Of a stretch of DNA of 17,209 nucleotides, positions 15,912 through 17,209 are shown piece after piece. How positions within the stretch are numbered: the first letter of the stretch is position 1; each line of letters begins with the position of its first letter. The notes beneath the pieces are model-generated. The model was given only the letters and a program-made list of their open reading frames with translations, had not been told where the DNA came from and searched no databases. The translations under genes were made by a program, and so were the position numbers. This stretch comes from a virus: the UHGV virus genome UHGV-0341595. One strand, 5' to 3'.

Positions 15912-17135
15912 TTAACCAGCCTTTTGTTTGAGGATTGTCACTTTTGAATCAGCACCTGCGATGCTATTGAGATATGTAGTCCAGAGTTCCAGAGCATCCA
16001 GTTTTTTAGCCATAAACTTACTCCGATTGTAAACACCTGCCACGCCAGGTAGCGCATGGCCTAACAGTTGTTCTACTACATAAAATTCAACACCGAGATC
16101 ACTTAGATGAGTAGATAGCGTTCTTCTAAGGTCGTGTAGTGACCATTGTTTTTCATGGCCCAAACGTTTACCGATTTTCCCCCCAATCTTGCTTACGCTT
16201 TCTCTAATTCGCAGACTTCCCAGCACATAACCAGTATGTTTTGTCTCTTCGTGAACATCCGTTACCCACTGTCGTAGAATTTCAGGTACTGGTCTGACGA
16301 TTTCAACACCAGTTTTTGAGTGATCTTTTGGTACAGTCCAAACCCAACTTTCGAGATCCCATTCGCTCCATTCTGATAATCGGGCTTCACTCATTCGACA
16401 TCCAAATACTGTACAAAGCACAAACATTTTTCGCGTGTATTCAGACATTAGTTTTAAATCAGGCTCGACAAAAATTGCCTTCCAGAGCTGGCCGAGTTCG
16501 GCTTCATCCAGAACCCGATCCCGCTTACCTGCAATCTGCCCCACATCACTCATGCGCAAATCCTTTAAAGCATCACACGTCGCGTACTGGCGTACCCGAC
16601 AAAAACGAAGAGCTAATTTAGTGTCAGAAAAAACATACGCCGCCATAACTGGTGCATTACGTTTAATTCGGTCAAAACAGTCCAGCCATTCATATAGGTG
16701 AGTGTCATTTACGGGCAAATGACCGATATAGGGAAAGATATGCTTTCGAAATCTGCCAAGCGTTACAGCATGAGTTTTACGACGCACCTTACAGTAATTT
16801 TCATACCAGTAATTTAGTGCATCCTCCACTGTGACCGGCTTTAAGCGTTCTTCAGCCTGAATCTTAATCTGGATACGCGGATCACGTTTGTCAGCCAACC
16901 AACCACGGCACTCGTCGCGCTTTTCCCTTGCCTGTTTGAGTGACATATCAGGATATTTACCCAACGTTAGCCAGACCGGAGCATCCCGGCCACCTGCTAA
17001 CCTGTAGAAGAAAACAAAGCTCACAGCCCCTTTAGTACTCACACGAATAGAAAGCCCCTTTCCATCAGCGTAAGCGTGCAGTGAGAACCGTATTGACGAA
17101 GTGAAGCTGGTCAGGCAGGCAGAGTAACCCGCCAC
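15912..17135 (-). CDS. int: Tyrosine site-specific integrase (P4-type), ~407 aa
   Basis: N-terminal arm-binding-like region (ADGKGLSIRVSTKGAVSFVFFYRLAGG...LTLGKYPDMSLKQAREKRDE); C-terminal catalytic motifs HDLRRT and LLGHA...GVAGVYNRS with the tyrosine. GTG start at 17135; exact start uncertain. Confidence 0.88.
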   Translation of the reverse strand: MAGYSACLTSFTSSIRFSLHAYADGKGLSIRVSTKGAVSFVFFYRLAGGRDAPVWLTLGKYPDMSLKQAREKRDECRGWLADKRDPRIQIKIQAEERLKPVTVEDALNYWYENYCKVRRKTHAVTLGRFRKHIFPYIGHLPVNDTHLYEWLDCFDRIKRNAPVMAAYVFSDTKLALRFCRVRQYATCDALKDLRMSDVGQIAGKRDRVLDEAELGQLWKAIFVEPDLKLMSEYTRKMFVLCTVFGCRMSEARLSEWSEWDLESWVWTVPKDHSKTGVEIVRPVPEILRQWVTDVHEETKHTGYVLGSLRIRESVSKIGGKIGKRLGHEKQWSLHDLRRTLSTHLSDLGVEFYVVEQLLGHALPGVAGVYNRSKFMAKKLDALELWTTYLNSIAGADSKVTILKQKAG

Positions 17136-17209
17136 GGGAGCAGAGCACCCACCCGGTTCACAGGCCAGTCGGCGATGACATCAAGTACATAATGCAGATA
17201 GCGTTCCGG

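Noticed and set aside
17136-17209. Possible tRNA or att site upstream of the integrase
   Set aside because: Only 74 nt are available and I see no cloverleaf-compatible structure or recognisable tRNA 3-prime end; cannot be called from this window.

Overview
The window is a mosaic of phage-derived blocks, almost all coded on the minus strand. (1) 1-6324: a high-GC lambda-type late gene block, collinear with lambda: E (5-prime truncated)-FI-FII-Z-U-V-G-T-H, including the canonical G GGA AAG frameshift site for G-T. (2) 6325-8411: a low-GC cassette on the plus strand encoding a DUF262 (ParB-like, DGQQR motif) protein and a small HEPN-motif protein, ending in a bidirectional terminator. It sits exactly where the terminase, portal, protease, decoration and capsid N-terminus genes would be. 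(3) 8412-8676: a lambda-type cos site plus only the first ~15 codons of nu1. (4) 8700-17135: a P4/PICI-like satellite backbone: tyrosine integrase, AlpA, a low-GC TIR-like cargo gene, a small RHH ORF with palindromic operators, three small ORFs, an alpha-type primase/helicase followed by TGTTCACC iterons, SSB, and an operon encoding a divergent E-family capsid protein, a D-family decoration protein and an AlpA-like HTH protein that abuts cos. The main candidates for a new system are the DUF262-HEPN pair and the TIR-like protein, both in low-GC cargo positions, and the satellite's own capsid/decoration homologues next to a captured cos. All calls rest on reading translations and motifs by eye and on recalled lambda/P4 sequence; no searches were run.
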